Virus record (IMG/VR): IMGVR_UViG_3300049595_003462
DNA from: an uncultured virus (IMG/VR IMGVR_UViG_3300049595_003462)
Taxonomy: Duplodnaviria > Heunggongvirae > Uroviricota > Caudoviricetes
DNA: 20,000 nucleotides
Strand: one strand, 5' to 3'
Both the position numbers and the translations under genes were made by a program. Shown one piece after another: positions 8,685 to 15,175 of the stretch. Within the stretch, counting starts at the first letter, position 1. The number at the start of each line of letters is the position of its first letter. The notes beneath the pieces were generated by a model. That model ran no database searches. It was not told the origin of the DNA and was given only the letters and a program-made list of their open reading frames with translations.

Positions 8685-8791
8685 CCGATTAAAAAGGATT
8701 CGAACCTTAATCTTACTCCCCTGGTTACCGTACCTAATCTGAAGACTCGAACTTCAGCGGGGGGTGTTGTGCGCCATTACACCATAATCAA
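8685..8791 (-). ncRNA. tRNA-like RNA (Gln-type D-arm) with branched insert replacing the anticodon loop
   Basis: TGATTA/TAATCG acceptor, TGGTGTAATGGCGCAC D-arm, AAGG-TTCGAAT-CCTT T-arm; insert contains CTGAAG-TTCGAGT-CTTCAG. Confidence 0.6.
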
Positions 8792-8840
8792 TCGAGTGTT
8801 TCGAATCACTCAGTCTCAGATTAATTACTCCTGAGATTTG

Positions 8841-8954
8841 TAATCAGGACAGGATTCGAACCTGTATTAGTTGTACACCTAACTGAATCAATTTCCTCCG
8901 AGTACATCCGAACCCTACTTTATCATCATGCATCTACCATTCTGCCACCTGACT
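8841..8954 (-). ncRNA. tRNA-Leu-like scaffold unit 1 (114 nt)
   Basis: AGTCAGG-TGGCAGAATGGTAGATGC...ACAGGTTCGAATCCTGTCCTGATTA. Confidence 0.8.
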
Positions 8955-9135
8955 ATTTCTTAAATGCTAATTTTATCTTTTCCCATATACTCATACTCTT
9001 ATAATCATAGTAAAAGTTTATTGCTCTTGGAATACCACTCGACCAATGATGACATTCTGTTGATAATTTTTCGTAATGTTCTAAATCTGATTCACGTAAA
9101 TCTTCATTAGTTGCTTGATAACATTTATTTTCCAT
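8953..9135 (-). CDS. hypothetical protein
   Basis: 60 aa; TAG stop overlaps the 5' end of unit 1. Confidence 0.65.
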   Translation of the reverse strand: MENKCYQATNEDLRESDLEHYEKLSTECHHWSSGIPRAINFYYDYKSMSIWEKIKLAFKK

Positions 9136-9208
9136 AATTTTATTTTTATTTAAAGTTTATCGTTCTAAATCCCGCCCTTCTGGTAGCTGCAAAACGGTAG
9201 AAGTAATA

Positions 9209-9457
9209 TCATTTATATCTTTTAAATCTATTATCACTTAAATCATCCACACCTTCACCAATTTTAATCCTATCTAATTTAGTTCTCTGTTCAAGTTCTA
9301 ATATTTTATTTTTCAATTCGTCTATAACCTTATTATATCCTTTTGTTCCTATTTCACCTTTAGATAAGTGTTTAGTTTTAGCTAAAATTGTTTCCAACTC
9401 TGTTCTTAACTTATCTATTTCTTTTTGTCTATTAATGATACTACTTGAACTTTTCAT
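9209..9457 (-). CDS. hypothetical coiled-coil protein
   Basis: 82 aa, K/E-rich, same strand as neighbours. Confidence 0.6.
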   Translation of the reverse strand: MKSSSSIINRQKEIDKLRTELETILAKTKHLSKGEIGTKGYNKVIDELKNKILELEQRTKLDRIKIGEGVDDLSDNRFKRYK

Positions 9458-9546
9458 CTTCGTAAGTTATTTTTTTGTTTTTAAATTAAATTATTATTTA
9501 GATACTTTATAAACTTCCCTACTGGGATTTGAACTCAACACTTTTG

Positions 9547-9688
9547 TAGTCAGGACAGGATTCGAACCTGTAACTCCTATTGCGTCTACTCATATCACTT
9601 TAGGATAGACTAATATGACCCTGCGGAGTAGAATCGTCTATCTTTCGATACCTATATTAGCGAGTCTAACCAATTCCGCCACCTGACT
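9547..9688 (-). ncRNA. tRNA-Leu-like scaffold unit 2 (142 nt)
   Basis: Conserved ends; insert closed by CTAATAT/ATATTAG with TATC-GAAA-GATA hairpin. Confidence 0.8.
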
Positions 9689-9818
9689 AAATTTGCTCGT
9701 CTATTCCGAGCTGTCAACGATCCTTGAAGCTTACCTACGCACTGTGAGGTAGACCGTGTGTTCGTTCGCATTGCCTAATCATTGAGCGCTTTTACATTTC
9801 GGCTGCCGTGCGTGTCAG

Positions 9819-9908
9819 TAGTCAGGACAGGATTCGAACCTGTAAATTTCCAATCGCAACGATACCATATCCTATCTTGGAGTCGAACCAACTTTAAACC
9901 ACCTGACT
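9819..9908 (-). ncRNA. tRNA-like scaffold unit 3 (90 nt, divergent D-arm)
   Basis: AGTCAGGTGG...ACAGGTTCGAATCCTGTCCTGACTA. Confidence 0.75.
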
Positions 9909-9915
9909 ATTTGTT

Positions 9916-10263
9916 TTATCTTTGATTTGTTTTTTCTAAATAATCTTTATACGATTTATATTTTTCCCTATGTTCGACAATTAACTTAATGTAGTCCTCC
10001 AACGGTTTTATCACACCTCTTTCTGTGATATACATTATTTCACCACCCATTCCTGGTTTTGCGTATAACTTATCTGGATTTTCATTACAGATTGGATAAC
10101 GTAAATCATATGAGTAACCATGGTTATTAACATTCGAGATGGGCATATCACATAACGCGGCAAATTTTTTCTTACTTGTGGTTACACATATCACTTCCAA
10201 CTCCATACCTCTACGGTACATTGTTATAGAATAGGTCTTATATTTTTTACTTAATTTTTCCAT
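9916..10263 (-). CDS. hypothetical protein
   Basis: 115 aa with own promoter; stop 7 nt before unit 3. Confidence 0.75.
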   Translation of the reverse strand: MEKLSKKYKTYSITMYRRGMELEVICVTTSKKKFAALCDMPISNVNNHGYSYDLRYPICNENPDKLYAKPGMGGEIMYITERGVIKPLEDYIKLIVEHREKYKSYKDYLEKTNQR

Positions 10264-10283
10264 CTTTTTTTATTATTGGAATA

Positions 10284-10315
10284 CAAAGATATGTATAATA
10301 TTTTAATCCACCAAA
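10284..10315 (-). promoter_or_regulatory. Bacteroidota-type promoter, repeat copy A
   Basis: TTTG-N20-TATCTTTG; near-identical to 13072-13103 and 13694-13725. Confidence 0.75.
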
Positions 10316-10321
10316 TCTTTT

Positions 10322-10543
10322 TTAAAAATATTTCCTACTTACCCATTCATCAGTACCAAGTTTTGGAGCCTCACCATTATTAAGTGTTAAATACATAAAA
10401 CCATTATAATTGTTGGTTTCATGTAATACATACTCAATCATTGTTATTACACCCAATTTCTCCTCCATTATAATGTTTGGATTAGATAATAACTTATTAA
10501 CCTTTTCTTTCACTAAATCCACATTTATAGTCTTTCTTTTCAT
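10322..10543 (-). CDS. hypothetical phage protein
   Basis: 73 aa, IEYVLHETNNYNGFMYL motif; promoter at 10564-10594. Confidence 0.75.
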   Translation of the reverse strand: MKRKTINVDLVKEKVNKLLSNPNIIMEEKLGVITMIEYVLHETNNYNGFMYLTLNNGEAPKLGTDEWVSRKYF

Positions 10544-10563
10544 ATTGTCTTTTGATTAGGATA

Positions 10564-10594
10564 CAAAAATACAAAAAATATATTAAATAACAAA
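10564..10594 (-). promoter_or_regulatory. Bacteroidota-type promoter
   Basis: TTTG-N19-TATTTTTG. Confidence 0.55.
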
Positions 10595-10604
10595 AAAAAT
10601 TTTG

Positions 10605-10708
10605 CAGTCAGGACAGGATTCGAACCTGTATAGTGCCTTTCACTTGGTTATCTTATGTCGAAATAAGAACTGTTTTTGCAGTGCGATAGCCATTCCGCTC
10701 ACCTGACT
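10605..10708 (-). ncRNA. tRNA-like scaffold unit 4 (104 nt, G discriminator)
   Basis: Conserved ends; insert with three small hairpins. Confidence 0.8.
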
Positions 10709-10838
10709 ATTTAAAAAATTAACTTACTAATTATAACCTATTTACGCTTGAGTTATAATCCCAATTTCCATCGTGGTTATTCGTAACTATCCCACACCTT
10801 ATTACCTACTTTCTTATTCGGTTCCTCAGTTAATTTTG

Positions 10839-10908
10839 TAGTCAGGACAGGATTCGAACCTGTAACGGAAACTATCGCAACCCCCTTTACCAGTTAAGTT
10901 ACCTGACT
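10839..10908 (-). ncRNA. tRNA-like scaffold unit 5 (70 nt, minimal)
   Basis: Conserved acceptor and T-arm; no canonical anticodon arm. Confidence 0.75.
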
Positions 10909-10966
10909 TCCATTCTAATGAGAGCATCTCACCTCAAAGGCTGTTCATAAACTAGCTTAATTAGTG

Positions 10967-11108
10967 TAGTCAGGACAGGATACAACCCTGTATAACACAT
11001 AATAGTTGGTGTGTGTTATTTAATCCATTAGACAAGGTAATTAATCCACTAACCAACATTGATAATCCCTCTCTTCTAACTTCTGCGTCTATATTCCGCC
11101 ACCTGACT
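10967..11108 (-). ncRNA. tRNA-like scaffold unit 6 (142 nt, degenerate T-loop)
   Basis: AGTCAGGTGGCGGAAT...ACAGGGTTGTATCCTGTCCTGACTA; ATAACACA/TGTGTTAT hairpin. Confidence 0.75.
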
Positions 11109-11114
11109 AAATAA

Positions 11115-11345
11115 CTATTCAATATAATACATTGAGTTTTCATTTGAGTAACAACCACCATTCCGGCTATCAAACCATTCACCATTATCAATCTGAAGAA
11201 TTTTAAATTTATCACCTGTATCAGGATCAAATTTATAATCAACTCCAATTATAGATGTTTTACGGAAGTTTTGTTGTGCCATTGATGTATAACCATCAAC
11301 ATGTACGTAATCACCAACATCTTTATTTTCAAGTATTTCTTTCAT
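11115..11345 (-). CDS. hypothetical protein
   Basis: 76 aa, ATGA-coupled to upstream ORF; stop 6 nt before unit 6. Confidence 0.7.
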   Translation of the reverse strand: MKEILENKDVGDYVHVDGYTSMAQQNFRKTSIIGVDYKFDPDTGDKFKILQIDNGEWFDSRNGGCYSNENSMYYIE

Positions 11346-11599
11346 ATTTTTTTATTTTTTTCAAACCATTCATCTAATGTAAAAATATATTGATCAATAT
11401 TTTCTAATAACTCTATCTTATGTTCATAAGCCGGATCCAACATCCATTCATATACACATTCAATTAGAGAATTAAGTAACATTGGATATTCAATCACATC
11501 AAATATAAATTTCTCTTTTGATTCATATTCAAAAGGAATATTATGTTCCCAACATTCTGGTTCAGAACAATGAGTATAATCAAGCACTAATCTTTCCAT
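11342..11599 (-). CDS. hypothetical protein
   Basis: 85 aa, AT-rich leader after unit 7. Confidence 0.7.
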   Translation of the reverse strand: MERLVLDYTHCSEPECWEHNIPFEYESKEKFIFDVIEYPMLLNSLIECVYEWMLDPAYEHKIELLENIDQYIFTLDEWFEKNKKI

Positions 11600-11616
11600 A
11601 ATTTTTATTTATTTTG

Positions 11617-11721
11617 TAGTCAGGACAGGAATCGAACCTGTATAATGTAGTATATTACCTTACTGAGAATCTACATTTTATCTCTAATGGTTTAGCGTCT
11701 AACCAATTCCGCCACCTGACT
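11617..11721 (-). ncRNA. tRNA-Leu-like scaffold unit 7 (105 nt)
   Basis: GGCGGAATTGGTTAGACGC D-arm; insert with AATGTAG/CTACATT helix. Confidence 0.8.
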
Positions 11722-11910
11722 ATGTCCCAAACTTCACTTAATGCGTCCATTAAGGATAGGTTTGGTAATCCACCATAACTTATGCCTTGGGCTATTCGTT
11801 TACGTGGAGAAATCACCACTGAAAATAGTGCTGATCTTACGGGAAGCATCGTGGTAGTTTTGTCGTCTTTCCGATCCGTCACCACGTTTCTAGTCTTAGT
11901 GTGGTTAACT

Positions 11911-12023
11911 TGGTAGTCAGGACAGGATTCGAACCTGTACGAGTGTTACTCTGTGTATCTGTTACCAGACGGTCAAGGGTTACGAACCCACACTTAGCGT
12001 CTAACCAATTCCGCCACCCGACT
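11911..12023 (-). ncRNA. tRNA-Leu-like scaffold unit 8 (CCA encoded)
   Basis: Ends CCTGACTACCA; anticodon position holds a branched domain (GGGTT/AACCC and TCTG-GTAA-CAGA hairpins) followed by GAGT/ACTC variable arm. Confidence 0.82.
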
Positions 12024-12072
12024 ATTTTTATTTGATTTTTGAGAATATATTTTCTAAATATCCAACTTCATT

Positions 12073-12411
12073 CTATCCAATCTTTTCTATTTTAATCACA
12101 CCTTTCATAAAATAACCCATATTTTCAACCCACCTATCCAAAGTGTCAAAACTATTTAGTTCGTCCCAAGTAAGGAAATTAGTGTCTACATTAGGAAAAT
12201 TAATAAATGGGTTATCTTCGTAATCAACGGTTCTAAGATTATATTGATAGTAAACACCAACAGGTCGACCCACTTTAATGGAATTTTTATCCATAAAATT
12301 ACATTCAACGATTTGTTCAATCTTAGCCGGAAAAAATATCCCCGGAAATTCTTTAGTTGATACGATTATGACATCGTCAAAATTTAATTTTGTATGATAA
12401 TTTGGTAACAT
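12073..12411 (-). CDS. hypothetical protein
   Basis: 112 aa between units 9 and 8. Confidence 0.7.
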   Translation of the reverse strand: MLPNYHTKLNFDDVIIVSTKEFPGIFFPAKIEQIVECNFMDKNSIKVGRPVGVYYQYNLRTVDYEDNPFINFPNVDTNFLTWDELNSFDTLDRWVENMGYFMKGVIKIEKIG

Positions 12412-12438
12412 ATTTGTTTATTTAAATTATTAATTTTG

Positions 12439-12524
12439 TAGTCAGGACAGGATTCGAACCTGTATACTTTCATCCTATTGATATTATCTCCTATTTGACC
12501 GTCATCCATTTGCGCCACCTGACC
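12439..12524 (-). ncRNA. tRNA-like scaffold unit 9 (86 nt)
   Basis: Identical to unit 11 except the first base. Confidence 0.8.
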
Positions 12525-12676
12525 ATAAGAAATATGAAGGCATATCGGTCGTTCCCAAGTTTTTGATGGTTAACCCCTGCCATACTCTTTGGACCGCTAA
12601 ATCCATACCATTTGAGATGTTAACCCTTGATTGATTGGACTATTACGTAATTTATCCTTTCAATTTCATATTTTTG

Positions 12677-12785
12677 TAGTCAGGACAGGATTCGAACCTG
12701 TAAGTAGTTTTCAAATTAGGCATTCATCTCTTTTACACAAAGCTTGGAGACGGCTTACTTTGGTGACCAATTCCGCCACCTGACT
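12677..12785 (-). ncRNA. tRNA-like scaffold unit 10 (109 nt)
   Basis: Conserved ends, unique insert. Confidence 0.8.
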
Positions 12786-12791
12786 ATTTTA

Positions 12792-12956
12792 TTACCTTTG
12801 TCCTTTTATATCTTTAATGGTGTTATCTACCATCCAATTTGCAATTTTTTCTCTTCCTTTTTGGTTTGGGACTAATTCAGGACTATCGATCCCAAATTGA
12901 ATTGCTGTTTCAACTAATTTTTTTAGTTCTTCTGTTGTAATATTAATCGTTTCCAT
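12792..12956 (-). CDS. small hypothetical protein (54 aa), not in the ORF track
   Basis: METINITTEELKKLVETAIQFGIDSPELVPNQKGREKIANWMVDNTIKDIKGQR*; fills the gap between units 11 and 10. Confidence 0.7.
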   Translation of the reverse strand: METINITTEELKKLVETAIQFGIDSPELVPNQKGREKIANWMVDNTIKDIKGQR

Positions 12957-12971
12957 AACATTTAATTTTAG

Positions 12972-13057
12972 TAGTCAGGACAGGATTCGAACCTGTATAC
13001 TTTCATCCTATTGATATTATCTCCTATTTGACCGTCATCCATTTGCGCCACCTGACT
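12972..13057 (-). ncRNA. tRNA-like scaffold unit 11 (86 nt, duplicate of unit 9)
   Basis: 85-nt exact direct repeat with 12439-12523. Confidence 0.8.
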
Positions 13058-13071
13058 ATTTTATAACAATA

Positions 13072-13103
13072 CAAAGATATGTATAATATTTTAATCCGCC
13101 AAA
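13072..13103 (-). promoter_or_regulatory. Bacteroidota-type promoter, repeat copy B
   Basis: TTTG-N20-TATCTTTG directly upstream of unit 11. Confidence 0.75.
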
Positions 13104-13114
13104 TTTTTTTTATG

Positions 13115-13204
13115 GTTAATAATTAACTTAGTTGTGGTTCCTCGCCACTATTAGTTAGCTTAATTCTTGCACTAAGTTAATTATTAACATTCCGCAACCT
13201 GACT
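13115..13204 (-). pseudogene. truncated scaffold unit 12 (5' half only) fused to a long hairpin
   Basis: AGTCAGGTTGCGGAATG followed by an 18-bp perfect inverted repeat (13115-32/13171-88); no T-arm or 3' acceptor strand. Confidence 0.6.
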
Positions 13205-13269
13205 AAATTCTAATTCTATGACATTCCCACTTTCTTCAGGTGCTATGAATTAGTAACAATCTGCCTTTG

Positions 13270-13360
13270 TAGCCAGGACAGGATTCGAACCTGTAAATTG
13301 AGGGCGCGACCCTCTTGACATTATCCCGAGGACTGCGTCTACCAATTTCGCCACCTGACT
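13270..13360 (-). ncRNA. tRNA-Leu-like scaffold unit 13 (91 nt)
   Basis: GGCGAAATTGGTAGACGC D-arm, GAGGG/CCCTC variable arm, no canonical 7-nt anticodon loop. Confidence 0.8.
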
Positions 13361-13365
13361 ATATT

Positions 13366-13674
13366 TTATTCTTCAAACTCTTTTTTAAGTTTTAAATAAC
13401 TTTCGTAACGTCTTTCTTTTTCCCATTTATTATGTAGTTCATTATTAGATAGACGTTTTTGATATTGTTCATCAGTTTCTTCAACCATTCTAGTGATTTC
13501 TCCGACATAGAGCCCGCGTCCGTCATCATCGTCCTCTTCCCATGATGACCTGATTACATCATCATCTTCTAATTGTAAATGCTTAATATCCGACCATTTG
13601 ATAAGGCGATTTTCACCAAGCCAAAACAATTGCGTTTCTCTTTTGATTTTATTTAATGATTTTTTATCTTCCAT
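13366..13674 (-). CDS. hypothetical acidic protein
   Basis: 102 aa with own promoter; stop 5 nt before unit 13. Confidence 0.75.
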   Translation of the reverse strand: MEDKKSLNKIKRETQLFWLGENRLIKWSDIKHLQLEDDDVIRSSWEEDDDDGRGLYVGEITRMVEETDEQYQKRLSNNELHNKWEKERRYESYLKLKKEFEE

Positions 13675-13693
13675 GACTATTTTTTTAACAATA

Positions 13694-13725
13694 CAAAGAT
13701 ATGTTTAATATTTTAATTCACCAAA
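13694..13725 (-). promoter_or_regulatory. Bacteroidota-type promoter, repeat copy C
   Basis: TTTG-N20-TATCTTTG. Confidence 0.75.
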
Positions 13726-13734
13726 TCTTTTTTG

Positions 13735-13865
13735 TAATCAGGACAGGATTCGAACCTATAACCGTGCGTAATCTTCTATTTCAACTCATTGTACTTTTGA
13801 GTCCGTCACAGCTTTGTTTGTGGTTAGCTTTACCACATAGCGTCTACCAATTCCGCCACCTGACC
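13735..13865 (-). ncRNA. tRNA-Leu-like scaffold unit 14 (131 nt)
   Basis: GGTCAGGTGGCGGAATTGGTAGACGC...ATAGGTTCGAATCCTGTCCTGATTA; TGTGGT/ACCACA and ACTCA/TGAGT hairpins. Confidence 0.8.
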
Positions 13866-13941
13866 ATTTTACCCCACTTCACCAGGTTAACGGACTGGCT
13901 GCCATGTGGGAGTGGGGGTTTCCCGTTATTTCGGGACTCCG

Positions 13942-14014
13942 TGGTGAGAGGTGGGATCGAACCACCGGCACGTAGATTTTCAGTCTACTGCTCTACCTAC
14001 TGAGCTATCACACC
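13942..14014 (-). tRNA. tRNA-Phe(GAA)
   Basis: GTAGA-CTGAAAA-TCTAC. Confidence 0.94.
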
Positions 14015-14020
14015 AAATTT

Positions 14021-14302
14021 GAGGTTGAGAAGTCCTCTGTGTTGTGCAAACAGTATTACATTTAAAATACGTCCGACTATTTCATTCCTATCTCACAGGA
14101 ACAACACAATATTGTTGATAATGTTGGGATACCCGTCTCGTCCCAATCTTAATTGCTTCCTGAGTTTTAATGAGGCCTCAGCAAAGGGTGATGAATTCTG
14201 ATTCCATTCTGGATTGTCGACATCCGTTGAATGGAGAAAACCATTATCAATTTCTTTTTGTCTGGGGGAGTAGGTACCAACCAACATAAAAACCTACTCC
14301 CC
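14021..14302 (-). ncRNA. candidate multi-domain structured RNA (~280 nt)
   Basis: Helices 14265-75/14292-302 (11 bp), 14115-23/14242-50 (9 bp), 14038-45/14101-08 (8 bp) with nested hairpins. Confidence 0.6.
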
Positions 14303-14312
14303 GACTTTACGG

Positions 14313-14384
14313 TAGCCCCTACGGGAGTCGAACCCGTCTTTTTAGGATGAAAACCTAATATCCTAACCGATAGATGAAAGGGCC
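14313..14384 (-). tRNA. tRNA-Glu(TTC)
   Basis: TTAGG-TTTTCAT-CCTAA. Confidence 0.93.
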
Positions 14385-14391
14385 AATTGTG

Positions 14392-14465
14392 TAGTCCCTG
14401 TAGGACTCGAACCTACGACCCTCTGGATGTAAACCAGATGCTCTAACCAACTGAGCTAAAGGACT
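14392..14465 (-). tRNA. tRNA-Val(TAC)
   Basis: TCTGG-TTTACAT-CCAGA. Confidence 0.95.
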
Positions 14466-14478
14466 ATTTTTTTCCAAG

Positions 14479-14542
14479 ATGTCAAAGAACTTTCTTCTTG
14501 TTTGTGAATACAAAGGTAATACGAAAGTTTGATAAAAACAAA
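14479..14542 (-). promoter_or_regulatory. promoter plus boxA-like element heading the Val-Glu tRNA cluster
   Basis: TTTG-N20-TACCTTTG (14511-14542), then GTTCTTTGACAT (14479-14490). Confidence 0.65.
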
Positions 14543-14577
14543 AAACCCCAAACTTTTTTTTCAAAGTTCGGGGTTTT
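14534..14577 (-). terminator. intrinsic terminator / attenuator hairpin
   Basis: AAAACCCCGAACTTT...AAAGTTTGGGGTTTTTTGTTTTT. Confidence 0.75.
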
Positions 14578-14628
14578 AATATCTTGTTATTTCTAACTTG
14601 TTATTAACGTACTACCTAATATCCGAAC

Positions 14629-14712
14629 TCAATTTTGCATATGACGATACCAGCTACAGAATACCTCTTGTTGCTTAATAATCGACGACATATGTTTAAT
14701 TGATGTTCTCAT
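14629..14712 (-). CDS. putative leader peptide (27 aa)
   Basis: MRTSIKHMSSIIKQQEVFCSWYRHMQN*; the stop overlaps a sequence complementary to the terminator 5' arm. Confidence 0.5.
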   Translation of the reverse strand: MRTSIKHMSSIIKQQEVFCSWYRHMQN

Positions 14713-14769
14713 TGTTTTATAATTATTACAATAATACGAAAAGTTTCGTATTTGTCAAATATTTTTTTT

Positions 14770-14853
14770 TGGTACCCCAAGTCGGACTCGAACCGACACG
14801 TCTTACGACACAAGTTCCTAAAACTTGAGTGTCTACCATTCCACCATCGGGGC
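14770..14853 (-). tRNA. tRNA-Leu(TAG), CCA encoded
   Basis: CAAGT-TTTAGGA-ACTTG, variable arm. Confidence 0.95.
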
Positions 14854-14955
14854 AAATATCATTATCGCTTCAGCCACATCGGGAAAGACGCCCCTCCCGT
14901 GTTGTTTAAGTGTATAAATTGCGTCGTATCTCACTAAGGTACGATAATGATTTTG

Positions 14956-15029
14956 TAGTCCCAGTAGGATTCGAACCTACGACCTACGGTTTAGAAAACC
15001 GTTGCTCTATCCATCTGAGCTATGAGACC
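14956..15029 (-). tRNA. tRNA-Arg(TCT)
   Basis: ACGGT-TTTCTAA-ACCGT. Confidence 0.95.
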
Positions 15030-15036
15030 ATATTTG

Positions 15037-15121
15037 TACCTGAGGCGGGACTTGAACCCGCACGGACGTTTATGTCCACTAGATTTTAAGTCTAGCGTGG
15101 CTACCGTTACACCACCCAGGC
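15037..15121 (-). tRNA. tRNA-Leu(TAA)
   Basis: CTAGA-CTTAAAA-TCTAG, variable arm. Confidence 0.95.
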
Positions 15122-15175
15122 GACTTTGGTTTCTTTCTTAATACAAATTTAGGAAATAAAATTAAAGATTACAAC

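Noticed and set aside
9514..9540. Extra tRNA gene from TGAGTTCAAATCCCAGTAGGGAAG
   Set aside because: Only an imperfect T-arm-like fragment with no 5' half; at most a remnant.
8841..13865. CRISPR array interpretation of the repeated GTAGTCAGGACAGGATTCGAACCTGTA
   Set aside because: The repeats are bipartite tRNA halves, spacing is irregular (70 to several hundred nt, including whole ORFs), and no cas genes are present in the window.
8841..13865. Ordinary tRNA-Leu genes, tmRNA or group I intron-containing tRNAs
   Set aside because: No unit shows a canonical 5-bp/7-nt anticodon arm, there is no G3:U70 pair or tag frame, and the inserts are far too short for group I introns. Short protein-spliced introns are not fully excluded.
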